This document shows positions 26,427-35,332 of a stretch of DNA of 64,000 nucleotides, piece after piece. The DNA comes from Candidatus Omnitrophota bacterium (GTDB lineage: Bacteria > Omnitrophota > Gorgyraeia > Gygaellales > JAHJCI01). Below the pieces are notes generated by a model. That model did no database searches, was not told where the DNA came from, and worked only from the letters and a program-made list of their open reading frames with translations. The stretch spans positions 4,024 through 68,023 of the forward strand of contig JBHPGP010000002.1 of the NCBI GenBank assembly GCA_042570305.1, read 5' to 3'. How positions within the stretch are numbered: position 1 is the stretch's first letter; each line of letters opens with the position of its first letter. A program made the translations under genes and the position numbers.

Positions 26427-28343
26427 ATGGATAGGCAAGAGGCAGCGGAAGAATTTCTCAATAGTTTAATCAGAACCTTGAATAAGGCTTCTTTTTATGC
26501 AAATGACCACCCGGCATTTTTAAAAGCTGTTGATGATTTTAGAAATACAGTAGATTCAACCCACCGTTTTATAGACCCCATCGTAATCGGCACTACCATC
26601 AATTCTATATTCGTCGACCAAAGAGAATTTTCTGGTCAGCATTACGAGGATTTAGCCAAAAGGCTTCATCAGCGCAGAATCAAAATCATGCAGATTAGAA
26701 AAGGCACAACACTTGAAGAATTATCGCTTTTCTTAAATAAAATATCAGCTCCTCTTAAAGATATCATTAAAAGCGGAGGCATAGCCCACATTTTAAATAA
26801 AGAAAATATGCCCCATCTGTCCATAGAAGAGCTGGACTATTCCGAATTATTAAAAACAGATACAGGCGAATATAAAGATATATGGGTATATTTATTAGGC
26901 GACGCCCTGGAGAAACAGGATCACTCTAAAGTTATCCAGCTGTCAGATATTTTTGAGAAAATGACGAGATATTACACAATCAAGGAGCTTTTAGAAAATG
27001 ACGAGCTTAGAGAAACCCTGCAAAAGTTTTTTAACTACATCAAGGATAGGGATAAGGAAAGATTTTCGCAATGCTCCCTGAAAATAGCAGAGCATATATT
27101 CGTTATCAAGGATGACGCTTTTCAGGTAGAGCTGGAGAAAATGAGAGCATTATTCAATAGTTTTACCGAAAGTGATTTTGCCGAAATGTTAACCAATGAG
27201 GTTTTGAATGTAGATGCATTTGATAGCTCCGGCCTGGACCTATTCTCTAAAATTACCAGTGCAGAGATACACCCCGCTATTGCTTCTTTAACGGCAAAGT
27301 CGCTTAATCAGAGGGTTCTTGGTGATAAGCAGAAGATAAGAAATAAAATAGAAAGCCTCCTGCGCGATAGCGATAAATCCTCCTGCTCCCAGGTATATCT
27401 AGATACCCTTTCTTCATTCTTAAAGAGTATCTCCGGTGCAAGAGGCTTTTCCTTTGACCACGATTTGGCATATGCCAATTATCGCTTAATTCTGCTTGAT
27501 CTGCTTCTTCGATGGCAAAGCAAAGACAGGTTAGAGGCAATTATAGAAGAAGCCTCAAAGATATTGAAAAATAAAGACCAGGGTGTGGACGTTACATATA
27601 TTAAGCTTCTTGCGGACATTATAAAGAAGAAAAAAACGGAGGCTCCCCAGATGTCGTTACTATTGGACGGGCTGGATAAACAGATAACCCATTTTGTAGA
27701 AAACAATATCTGGGACGAAGAGCCTTCTGCGGATTTTCAATATCTCTCAGATTATTTAGAGTCCAGCACGTTGGGGGTTGATTTATACCTCAATAGGATA
27801 TTCGATGAAAATAAAGTGAATGCCGCAGTATTGAAATTATTTTTAAAATTTTTTCCGGACAGCCTGCATCTTTTTAACATGAATTTAAAGAAGAGAATTT
27901 CTGATATAGACTTCATCAGTAATCTTATCAAGAGCTTGAAAGCAGTGGATAGCCCTTTGGGCTTGAATATATTAGAGCAAATATATTTATTCTCTGAAAA
28001 TTACATTAAGATAGAGGTTTTAAGGGCGATGCAGGACATGGGTGCATTCGACAAAGAGTTCTTATTATCAATTCTACAAAAAGATAATGCCTTTTTGAAA
28101 AAAGAAGCCCTGCTGGCGTTAATGAAAGATGAAAAGGCCAAGGGACAGGCTCTGGAAGTTCTTTTCTCCACCAAAGGTTCCCGGAGAACCGTAAATAGAG
28201 CCTTACTGGAAAATATAATACTGGTTGAGGAGATGGGGTTAAAAGAGGCAAAAGATTATTTGAAGGCTGTTAGCAAAAATCTCTTTTTCTGGAATTGGGG
28301 CATAAAAAGAAGAATCAGGGAGATTCTCAGTAAATGGAAATAA
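26427..28343 (+). CDS. Alpha-helical/HEAT-repeat protein paired with an HD-domain protein
   Basis: N-terminal 'FYANDHPAF...LAKRLHQRRIK..GTTLEELSLFL' region; C-terminal HEAT-like helical repeats. Confidence 0.65.
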   Translation: MDRQEAAEEFLNSLIRTLNKASFYANDHPAFLKAVDDFRNTVDSTHRFIDPIVIGTTINSIFVDQREFSGQHYEDLAKRLHQRRIKIMQIRKGTTLEELSLFLNKISAPLKDIIKSGGIAHILNKENMPHLSIEELDYSELLKTDTGEYKDIWVYLLGDALEKQDHSKVIQLSDIFEKMTRYYTIKELLENDELRETLQKFFNYIKDRDKERFSQCSLKIAEHIFVIKDDAFQVELEKMRALFNSFTESDFAEMLTNEVLNVDAFDSSGLDLFSKITSAEIHPAIASLTAKSLNQRVLGDKQKIRNKIESLLRDSDKSSCSQVYLDTLSSFLKSISGARGFSFDHDLAYANYRLILLDLLLRWQSKDRLEAIIEEASKILKNKDQGVDVTYIKLLADIIKKKKTEAPQMSLLLDGLDKQITHFVENNIWDEEPSADFQYLSDYLESSTLGVDLYLNRIFDENKVNAAVLKLFLKFFPDSLHLFNMNLKKRISDIDFISNLIKSLKAVDSPLGLNILEQIYLFSENYIKIEVLRAMQDMGAFDKEFLLSILQKDNAFLKKEALLALMKDEKAKGQALEVLFSTKGSRRTVNRALLENIILVEEMGLKEAKDYLKAVSKNLFFWNWGIKRRIREILSKWK

Positions 28344-29698
28344 TAGAGAAGGTTAAAGAACTGATTGTCGATTTGATTGCCTGCACGCAAATGATTAAGC
28401 TTTATTCCGGCAGGCATAAGATATTTGAGGACTCTATTGATAAGTTATATGAGAGTGCGCAAGAAACTTTAAAAGAAAGGGATGAGCTGGTTATAGGGAT
28501 TGTTGGCGATGAGTTCGTCTTTGAAAAAGAGATTTTCTTCGAGCTGAGTAAAACATCTCTCGCCGGGATACTAATCGCCTCTCTCAGGGCAAGGGGTATA
28601 GAGAGAATTATTTTTTATCCGCAGCTGCATAAAGAGGAGCTGGAAATGTTCATTACTTTTGTAGTCAATCCCCTAAAAGAACAAATTGAAGGCAATTCAC
28701 AGAAATACCTGGCTGCCCTAGGGATTCGCAACATAGCCGTAGATAAGATTAGGACACCTAATGCCCCTGCGGAAACCGTGATAAAGAAAAAGTTACAAGA
28801 GGCAACAGAAAGTTTTGGAATATATGAAGATTATTCTAATAAAGCCTCTGAATATTTGGAAGCGCCGTTAAATAATGCTGTCATAGACCACCTTGCTTTA
28901 AGGATTGTCCTGCTCAAGATTATTGAGAATTTATCTGTCCGGAAGGAGTTTTTGAAATTTTCCGTAATAAAAAGGGACGAGGCAGCAAGATTTTTGCATT
29001 TCGTAAATGTTTCGATTTTGGCAATGTATTTATCTTCTAAACTGGGATTTTCTCAGAATGATACCCTGGATATAGGCATCGCAGCATTATTCCATGATAT
29101 CGGCAAGATTTATATTTCCAGGGAGTTGCGCAGCAGTAATAATAGATTAACAAAGGAGGAATCAGCCGATATTAAAAGCCACACCCAATTGGGGCCAGCG
29201 CTGCTTTTAAAATATGTTGATACTTTGGGCATTTTGCCGGTGGTAGTTTCGTTTGAGCATCATTTAAGATACGATTTAAAGGCTTATTCTGAATTATTGT
29301 CTGGATATAAACCTCACATTGCCTCTTTGATTATTTCTATATGCGATGTGTACGACGCTCTTTGCCAAAGGCGAAGTTATAAATACGGCTATCCCCCGGA
29401 TGCCATCTATAACCTGATGATGAAGGGAAGGGGCAGCGCCTTTGAGCCGGATCTTTTGGATACCTTTTTTAGAGTAACAGGAGTATGGCCTATAGGCACA
29501 GTCGTATTATTAAGTGACAACAGAGTTGCCATAGTGCGCCAGGAAAATGAAGACGACATATTCAGGCCTAAAGTGGAAATTGCAGAATCTCAGGACAAAA
29601 ATGAACTTATTGATTTAAAGGATAAGAAAGCTGAGCTCAAGATAGAGCGCGCCCTCAATCCTTTAACAGAAGGCAAAGTTTATCTCCGCTTAATTTAA
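28334..29698 (+). CDS. HD-GYP-like phosphohydrolase (GYP motif degenerate)
   Basis: HFVNV, ALFHDIGK, H..LG, EHHLRYDLKAYS, ICDVYDAL..RRSYK, WPIGTVVLLSD. Confidence 0.82.
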   Translation: MEIIEKVKELIVDLIACTQMIKLYSGRHKIFEDSIDKLYESAQETLKERDELVIGIVGDEFVFEKEIFFELSKTSLAGILIASLRARGIERIIFYPQLHKEELEMFITFVVNPLKEQIEGNSQKYLAALGIRNIAVDKIRTPNAPAETVIKKKLQEATESFGIYEDYSNKASEYLEAPLNNAVIDHLALRIVLLKIIENLSVRKEFLKFSVIKRDEAARFLHFVNVSILAMYLSSKLGFSQNDTLDIGIAALFHDIGKIYISRELRSSNNRLTKEESADIKSHTQLGPALLLKYVDTLGILPVVVSFEHHLRYDLKAYSELLSGYKPHIASLIISICDVYDALCQRRSYKYGYPPDAIYNLMMKGRGSAFEPDLLDTFFRVTGVWPIGTVVLLSDNRVAIVRQENEDDIFRPKVEIAESQDKNELIDLKDKKAELKIERALNPLTEGKVYLRLI

Positions 29699-29783
29699 AA
29701 CCTGGTCGCGAGGCGCCGGGAAAGTTTTTGAAATTAAGAAACATAAGGCCAGGCAAACAATCAGTGGCCTAAGAGGCGTTCAG

Positions 29784-30221
29784 ATGAAAAGAAATTATAC
29801 GATATTAGCCTTAATTTTGATAATTTCCATAGTATTTTCTTATCGCGCAGGGAGCAATACAAGGCAGGCAATAGCCAAAATTCATAATAAAATATACAGA
29901 TTTGAATTAGCAGAGACCACTGAGGAAAGATCTAAGGGGCTGATGCATAGAGAGCAGCTTGATGATGACGGCGGGATGCTGTTCATTTTTAACAAGAGCG
30001 ATTATTTAACCTTTTATATGAAGAATACCTTTATTCCCCTTGAAGTCGCCTTTATTGACGAAAATTTTACGATAGTCGATTTCCGGGCATTAAAGCCTTT
30101 GGATTTAACTTATATCACCTCCAGGGCTAAGGCGCTTTATGCGCTTGAAGTAAATAAGGGATTTTTTGAGAGGGTAGGCTTAGGGGTCGGGGATAGGCTT
30201 GAGTTTGTGATTGCTGAATAA
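29784..30221 (+). CDS. DUF192 family protein
   Basis: ELAET..ERSKGLM, GMLFIF, FYMKNTFIPL, YALEVN. Confidence 0.9.
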   Translation: MKRNYTILALILIISIVFSYRAGSNTRQAIAKIHNKIYRFELAETTEERSKGLMHREQLDDDGGMLFIFNKSDYLTFYMKNTFIPLEVAFIDENFTIVDFRALKPLDLTYITSRAKALYALEVNKGFFERVGLGVGDRLEFVIAE

Positions 30222-30384
30222 TTCCGCCCCCGAATTATTCCATTGCTTTTTTGATTATTTCACGGTAAAATAAATCTGCACAAATGAGTAAAGTTACGCA
30301 GGCAAAAAAATAGGTCAAATTGACAATGGCAACCCTTTAAAGGGAGAGAGAGTTGCCATTATGTTTAGAAAGGGGGGTGTTGTC

Positions 30385-30726
30385 GTGAAAGGGTTATCAT
30401 TCTTGGCAATAGCGCTGGTTTTTTCTTTCAGCGTGCTTTTGAGCGGTTGCGCGCAAGAGAAGGCTGCGTCGAGCAGAGAGGCAATAGAAGCCGCTAAAGC
30501 AATGGAAACCATGGAGCAAAAGGCAGCATATTTAATACAGCAAGCCAAAGCCTTTTATAACTCGCAAGATTTCAAGAATGCAGTTAATACAGCTCAATAC
30601 ATCTTAAGTTACGTAGACAAAGATTCACAGGCGGCAAAAGACCTGTTGGAGAAAGCCAAGCAGGCATTGGCTTCTGCGGCCAAGGGCGCCATGGAAGACG
30701 TAAAGAAGGTAATGCCCGGCATGTAG
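30385..30726 (+). CDS. Putative lipoprotein
   Basis: Signal peptide with lipobox LSGC; helical TPR-like body; start 30361 or 30385. Confidence 0.65.
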   Translation: MKGLSFLAIALVFSFSVLLSGCAQEKAASSREAIEAAKAMETMEQKAAYLIQQAKAFYNSQDFKNAVNTAQYILSYVDKDSQAAKDLLEKAKQALASAAKGAMEDVKKVMPGM

Positions 30727-30764
30727 GCAAGCTAGATAAACCCAAAAACTAGAAGGGGGTGGAA

Positions 30765-30932
30765 ATGAACGGATTGATAGGCCTCGTAGTTTTGGTGCTG
30801 GATATTATTGCCATAGTTGATGCCGTAAAGAGCAAAATGACATCGGGCAAGAAAATCCTTTGGATTATCCTGGTGCTGATTATACCTGTCGTCGGTATGA
30901 TTCTCTATTTCCTGGTAGGCAAAAAGAAATAG
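30765..30932 (+). CDS. PLDc_N-like two-TM small membrane protein (55 aa; absent from ORF track)
   Basis: MNGLIGLVVLVLDIIAIVDAVKS...KILWIILVLIIPVVGMILYFLVGKKK; GGGGG RBS. Confidence 0.85.
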   Translation: MNGLIGLVVLVLDIIAIVDAVKSKMTSGKKILWIILVLIIPVVGMILYFLVGKKK

Positions 30933-30994
30933 CGCGTAAAGCAGGTTTCCAGCCGGCAAGAAAGACAGATTACACAAGAGAGCAAGGGAGTGCT

Positions 30995-32314
30995 ATGCCA
31001 ACAAAGATTATTAATTTTATTAAGCACGATATCTGGAGAATCCGTTCAAAAGACCTGCCGCGAAGAAAATCATTTTTGATTAAGCAGTTGAGAGTGCTTC
31101 TTCGGGCTTTGCACGGTTTTAATGAGGACAAATGTCAGCTAAGGGCCTCGGCCCTGACATTTTATTCCCTGCTCTCTATTGTGCCTGTACTTGCTATGGC
31201 TTTTGGTGTAGCTAAAGGGTTTGGTTTTGAGAAGCTTCTGGAAAAACAGCTCGTGGAAAAGTTTGCCGGTCAGGGAGAAGTGATCGCGCAGGCTGTTAAC
31301 TTCGCCCATACGCTACTGGAAAATACCAAAGGGGGCATGGTTGCCGGCATAGGAGTGGCCGTGCTTTTCTGGACCGTGATAAAAGTCTTGGGTAATATCG
31401 AGCGTTCGTTTAATGACATCTGGGGAATAAAAGAGGCGCGTAAATTAGGTCGCAAGTTAAGCGATTATCTTTCCGTGATGCTGATTTGTCCTTTTCTAGT
31501 AATTGTTTCAAGCGGAATTACCGTATTCGTTGCCACTCAGGTACAGCTGATTACCGAAAGAATTGCTTTATTAGGTGCCTTAAGCCCTGTTATCTTCCTT
31601 GCCTTGAAATTGCTTCCTTACTGTATAATCTGGGCGCTATTTACGTTTATTTACATCTTTATGCCTAATACCAAGGTTAATTTCAAATCCGGCTTATTTG
31701 CAGGCATACTGGCAGGCTCAATCTACGTGGTTGTCCAGTGGGCATATGTTGTTTTCCAGGTAGGGGCAGGCAAGTTCAATGCTATCTACGGAAGCTTTGC
31801 TGCGCTGCCTTTATTTCTGGTCTGGCTTCAGATGAGCTGGCTGATAGTGCTTTTTGGGGCGGAGGTTTCTTTTGCCCACCAGAATGTAGAGATGTACGAG
31901 TTTGAGCCGGACTCTCAGCGGGTGAGCTACTCTTTTAAAAGATTGCTTACCCTAAGGGTAGCGCATTTACTGATCAGAAACTTTCAAGAAGCAGCCAAGC
32001 CCTTTACCTCTACCGAGGTTTCCCGTCTCCTGGAAATTCCCATTCGCCTGGTGCGCCAGATACTTTTTGAATTGGTGGAAAGCGGAATCGCTTCAGAGGT
32101 AAAGACCGAGGATTACAAAGAAACGGCTTATCAACCTGCCCGCGATACGCAACTGTTTACCATAAAACGCATTATCGATATGCTGGAACAGAAGGGCATT
32201 GATGATATTCCGGTTGCCCAAAGCCAAGAATTGAAGTCAATTTCGGAGAGCCTGCAAAGGTTTGCCGATACCCTCGAGAAATCCCCCGCTAATAAGCTTC
32301 TCAAGGACATATAA
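30995..32314 (+). CDS. YihY/BrkB family inner membrane protein with C-terminal wHTH
   Basis: ASALTFYSLLSIVP, IERSFNDIW, IYGSFAALPLFLVWL..SWLIVLFGAE; start at ATG 30995. Confidence 0.9.
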   Translation: MPTKIINFIKHDIWRIRSKDLPRRKSFLIKQLRVLLRALHGFNEDKCQLRASALTFYSLLSIVPVLAMAFGVAKGFGFEKLLEKQLVEKFAGQGEVIAQAVNFAHTLLENTKGGMVAGIGVAVLFWTVIKVLGNIERSFNDIWGIKEARKLGRKLSDYLSVMLICPFLVIVSSGITVFVATQVQLITERIALLGALSPVIFLALKLLPYCIIWALFTFIYIFMPNTKVNFKSGLFAGILAGSIYVVVQWAYVVFQVGAGKFNAIYGSFAALPLFLVWLQMSWLIVLFGAEVSFAHQNVEMYEFEPDSQRVSYSFKRLLTLRVAHLLIRNFQEAAKPFTSTEVSRLLEIPIRLVRQILFELVESGIASEVKTEDYKETAYQPARDTQLFTIKRIIDMLEQKGIDDIPVAQSQELKSISESLQRFADTLEKSPANKLLKDI

Positions 32315-32329
32315 TACAAGGAGGCAGGA

Positions 32330-33289
32330 ATGAAGAAGATATTAATTATCCTTGCGGTAATAATCGTTATTCTGGCGGTTGCCAAGGATCAGATAATAAA
32401 GTCTACGGTGACGGTTGTAGGCAGCAAGGTGCTCGGAACACAAGTTAAGCTCGGCGGTTTTTCTTTGGGCGTAGTCAAGCGGGCAATCAGGATAAAGGAC
32501 TTTAAAATATATAACCCCGAAGGGTTTCCCAAAGGCGCAATCATAGATATCCCAGAGATAAGCGTTGATTATAGCCTGCTGGCTTTATTAACGGGGAAGC
32601 TGCATGCCAGGAGCGTTGTCTTTGAATTAAAAGAAGTGAACGTGGTTAAGAATAAAGAGGGGAAATTAAACGTAGATTCATTAAGGGTTGCGCAAGCAGG
32701 GAAGGAGCCTGCTGCCGGCAGCGAGAAAAAGCCAGGGCCCTCCAAGGCAATGCCGATTCAGATAGATACGCTCAACTTGAATATGGGCAAGGTGGTATAT
32801 ACGGATATGACCGCCGGAGAAAAGCCCTCTGTTCAGGTTTTTGAAATAGGCATTAATAAGACATATAATAACATCAACAGCGTCCAGCAGTTGGCCGCGC
32901 TTATATTAACAGAGCCGATGAAGCAGACAGCGATAAAAGGGGCTAAAATTTACGGAGCCGCTACCCTGCTCGGAGCAGGCTTTCTGCCCGTAGGCATTGC
33001 TGCCACGCTAACCGGCAAAGACAGCTCCCAGGCGGATTTTGATGTTGCCTACGACACTGTTTACCAGGCGAGTATTGAAGTCACCAGGCAAATGGGCGAG
33101 ATAACCAGCGAGGATAAAAGCTCAGGCATCATAAAAGGCGATGTGGATGGTAGTAGTGTAACCATTAGGATAACAAAGACAAGCGAGAAGTCTACTCAGG
33201 TTATTGTGGCAGCAAGAAAAATTATGCTGCCTAAGCCGCAGATAGCAGGAGGAGTTTTGCATCAGATTTCCGGAAAATTGGGAAAGTAA
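32330..33289 (+). CDS. AsmA-like protein with an extra C-terminal alpha/beta domain
   Basis: N-terminal anchor, 'IYNPEGF', 'VVKNKEGKLN'; C-terminal lipoprotein-like domain. Confidence 0.6.
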   Translation: MKKILIILAVIIVILAVAKDQIIKSTVTVVGSKVLGTQVKLGGFSLGVVKRAIRIKDFKIYNPEGFPKGAIIDIPEISVDYSLLALLTGKLHARSVVFELKEVNVVKNKEGKLNVDSLRVAQAGKEPAAGSEKKPGPSKAMPIQIDTLNLNMGKVVYTDMTAGEKPSVQVFEIGINKTYNNINSVQQLAALILTEPMKQTAIKGAKIYGAATLLGAGFLPVGIAATLTGKDSSQADFDVAYDTVYQASIEVTRQMGEITSEDKSSGIIKGDVDGSSVTIRITKTSEKSTQVIVAARKIMLPKPQIAGGVLHQISGKLGK

Positions 33290-33307
33290 ATTAAGCCGTA
33301 ATTATTT

Positions 33308-33343
33308 GCCCTCTGCAAATCACAGCTTGCAGAGGGCTTTTTT
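33308..33343 (+). terminator. Intrinsic terminator
   Basis: GCCCTCTGCAA/TTGCAGAGGGC stem plus TTTTTT. Confidence 0.8.
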
Positions 33344-33428
33344 CGATGTATAATAAAAGCGAAAGGGGGTGATGGGCGGATTAGTCGCGCAGGAAAGAGA
33401 AGAATTCACAAACCATGGAGGTGATATA

Positions 33429-34100
33429 ATGGATTGGGAGATTCTAATTATTGAACCGGTCAAGGAGATGCTCACGAAAATAGCTAATTTTATTCCTACC
33501 CTGATCGGCGCTTTGGTTATTTTAGTAGTAGGCTGGATTGTAGCGAAAATATTCAAAGGCCTGGTGAACCGCATACTTGTAGTGATACGTTTTGACATAG
33601 TGGCCGATAAAGCGAACGTTTCCGAAATCTTAAGCAAGGGCGGCATAAAGATTAGCGCGCGCCAGATGATTTGCAACCTCGCTTACTGGCTGGTAATGAT
33701 TATGGTTCTGGTGATGGTAGTTAATGCCATCGGTTTAACAGTAGCCTCTCAGCTTTTGGACGGCCTGCTTGCCTATATCCCCAAGGTTATTGCGGCAATA
33801 TTCGTTCTCATCCTAGGTATGTTCCTGGGTAACGTGATCTCCGGGGTAGTGCGCACAGCAGCCAGTAATGCCAATCTGCCCAGAGCGCAGATGCTCGGCA
33901 GTATAAGCCATTGGGCAATCGTGATCTTTGCGGCTACTATTTCATTGGGGCAGCTGGGCATTGCTCCTCTGTTGGTAACCTCCACCTTTAATATTCTTTT
34001 CGGCGGGATTTGCCTTGCCCTGGCCTTGGCCTTTGGATTGGGAGGCAAGGATGCTGCTGCGAAGTATATTGAAGAATTAAAGAGAAAACAGTCTAGGTAA
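33429..34100 (+). CDS. CmpX-like / MscS-associated TM-helix membrane protein
   Basis: FIPTLIGALVILVVGWIVAK, YIPKVIAAIFVL, ALALAFGLGGKD; GGAGG RBS before ATG 33429. Confidence 0.85.
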   Translation: MDWEILIIEPVKEMLTKIANFIPTLIGALVILVVGWIVAKIFKGLVNRILVVIRFDIVADKANVSEILSKGGIKISARQMICNLAYWLVMIMVLVMVVNAIGLTVASQLLDGLLAYIPKVIAAIFVLILGMFLGNVISGVVRTAASNANLPRAQMLGSISHWAIVIFAATISLGQLGIAPLLVTSTFNILFGGICLALALAFGLGGKDAAAKYIEELKRKQSR

Positions 34101-34203
34101 AATATTAGTTTAATCAGCAAGTTTCAGGAAATACCGGGCTCCGCTTTGTTGCTTGGAGCAGCAAGCGGAGCCTTTATTGTTCGTTTCGCTAACAGGGTTG
34201 ATT

Positions 34204-34968
34204 ATGGATAATAAAGAATGGAAGAAATTTTCACTCGTTTTTAAAGAACTCTTGGATTTGGAATTAAGCCCCGTAGCGGTAGCCCGTTTTAAAAAGCCGC
34301 TTTTGGAATCTTTTGATCAGAAGGTGCGCATCTGCCGGGCAATTCTGGAAGCCGGCAGAGGACAGACGCTGCAGGTGTCGCGTAAGAATAATGCCTGTTT
34401 TGGAGCGGCCTGGCACCTCGGTTTTCATCAACTAGATGACCCGAAGACCGTCAGTATGATAAAAAAATTCGTAGTTGAAGGCGAGAAGCTCTTTAGTTCC
34501 TATCGGGCCCTGGATAACCTTATGCCGCAAATGGGCGAGGTCGCTGATAACGCAGACTCCTTTTTTTTATTGTCTCCTATGGAGAAGTGCGAATTTAAGC
34601 CGGAGTTGGTAATCTTTATTTCTGACGCGCAGGCAACCTGCCGCTTACTTACTCTGGCGACATTTATTGACGGCTCAATGCCAGAAATTAAAATCGGCGG
34701 CCCTACTTGCAGAATGGCGGTGATGTATCCCTTGATGCAAGATAAACTCAACATATCCTTCTATGATTATACCGCAAGAAAGATGTGCAATGTGCCAAAA
34801 GACAAGCTATTGGTAAGCATCCCTTATAAAAGAGTTACAGAGATGATTAAGGCAATCGATAAATGTTCCGCAGGAAAAGCAAAGATAGAATATCCTCAGG
34901 AATTCAGGGAATTTCTGCAGCGTACGGCGCAATGTCAGGATAAAAATCCCGCTGATTCACATATCTAA
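34204..34968 (+). CDS. DUF169 family protein
   Basis: SPVAV, RIC, ACFGAAWHLG, PELVIF, C..., 'DKLLVSIP' pattern. Confidence 0.7.
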   Translation: MDNKEWKKFSLVFKELLDLELSPVAVARFKKPLLESFDQKVRICRAILEAGRGQTLQVSRKNNACFGAAWHLGFHQLDDPKTVSMIKKFVVEGEKLFSSYRALDNLMPQMGEVADNADSFFLLSPMEKCEFKPELVIFISDAQATCRLLTLATFIDGSMPEIKIGGPTCRMAVMYPLMQDKLNISFYDYTARKMCNVPKDKLLVSIPYKRVTEMIKAIDKCSAGKAKIEYPQEFREFLQRTAQCQDKNPADSHI

Positions 34969-35104
34969 CTTACTGTAAAATATGAAGTTATAAAAGAAGA
35001 ACCCCGGTTTTGTTCTCCCTAAGAGAATTATTTTTATAACCCTCTTATGGTGCTTTAGTTAGATTCAGGAGAGCTGAAAAATAAAATTTTTTTTGGAAAA
35101 TTTT

Positions 35105-35133
35105 TTGAAAAGGCATTGCTGAAGTGTTATACT
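35105..35133 (+). promoter_or_regulatory. sigma70 promoter for the PAS-GGDEF-HD-GYP gene
   Basis: TTGAAA-N17-TATACT with TG extension. Confidence 0.65.
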
Positions 35134-35180
35134 TTAACTGGTTATGAGTATTTACATTACTTGATAAAATTTAAGAAGGC

Positions 35181-35219
35181 AAGGCAACCCTCGGAGGTTT
35201 GAGGGTTGCCTTTTATTTT
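35181..35219 (+). terminator. Terminator-like hairpin in the leader
   Basis: 12-bp stem AAGGCAACCCTC/GAGGGTTGCCTT plus T tract. Confidence 0.7.
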
Positions 35220-35332
35220 CGGCTGTTAGCCGTTTTTTTTAAAAAGGTTTTGAAAGCGTTTTCTTTTTTGTTGGTGTAGCCATTGAAAACAGCCTAACTG
35301 AGTCTTATATTTTAAGTAAGGGAAATTATAAA

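Noticed and set aside
30732-30994. Track ORF 30732-30977 (-) and the YihY extension from 30860
   Set aside because: Better explained by the 55-aa PLDc_N-like gene at 30765-30932 and a YihY start at 30995
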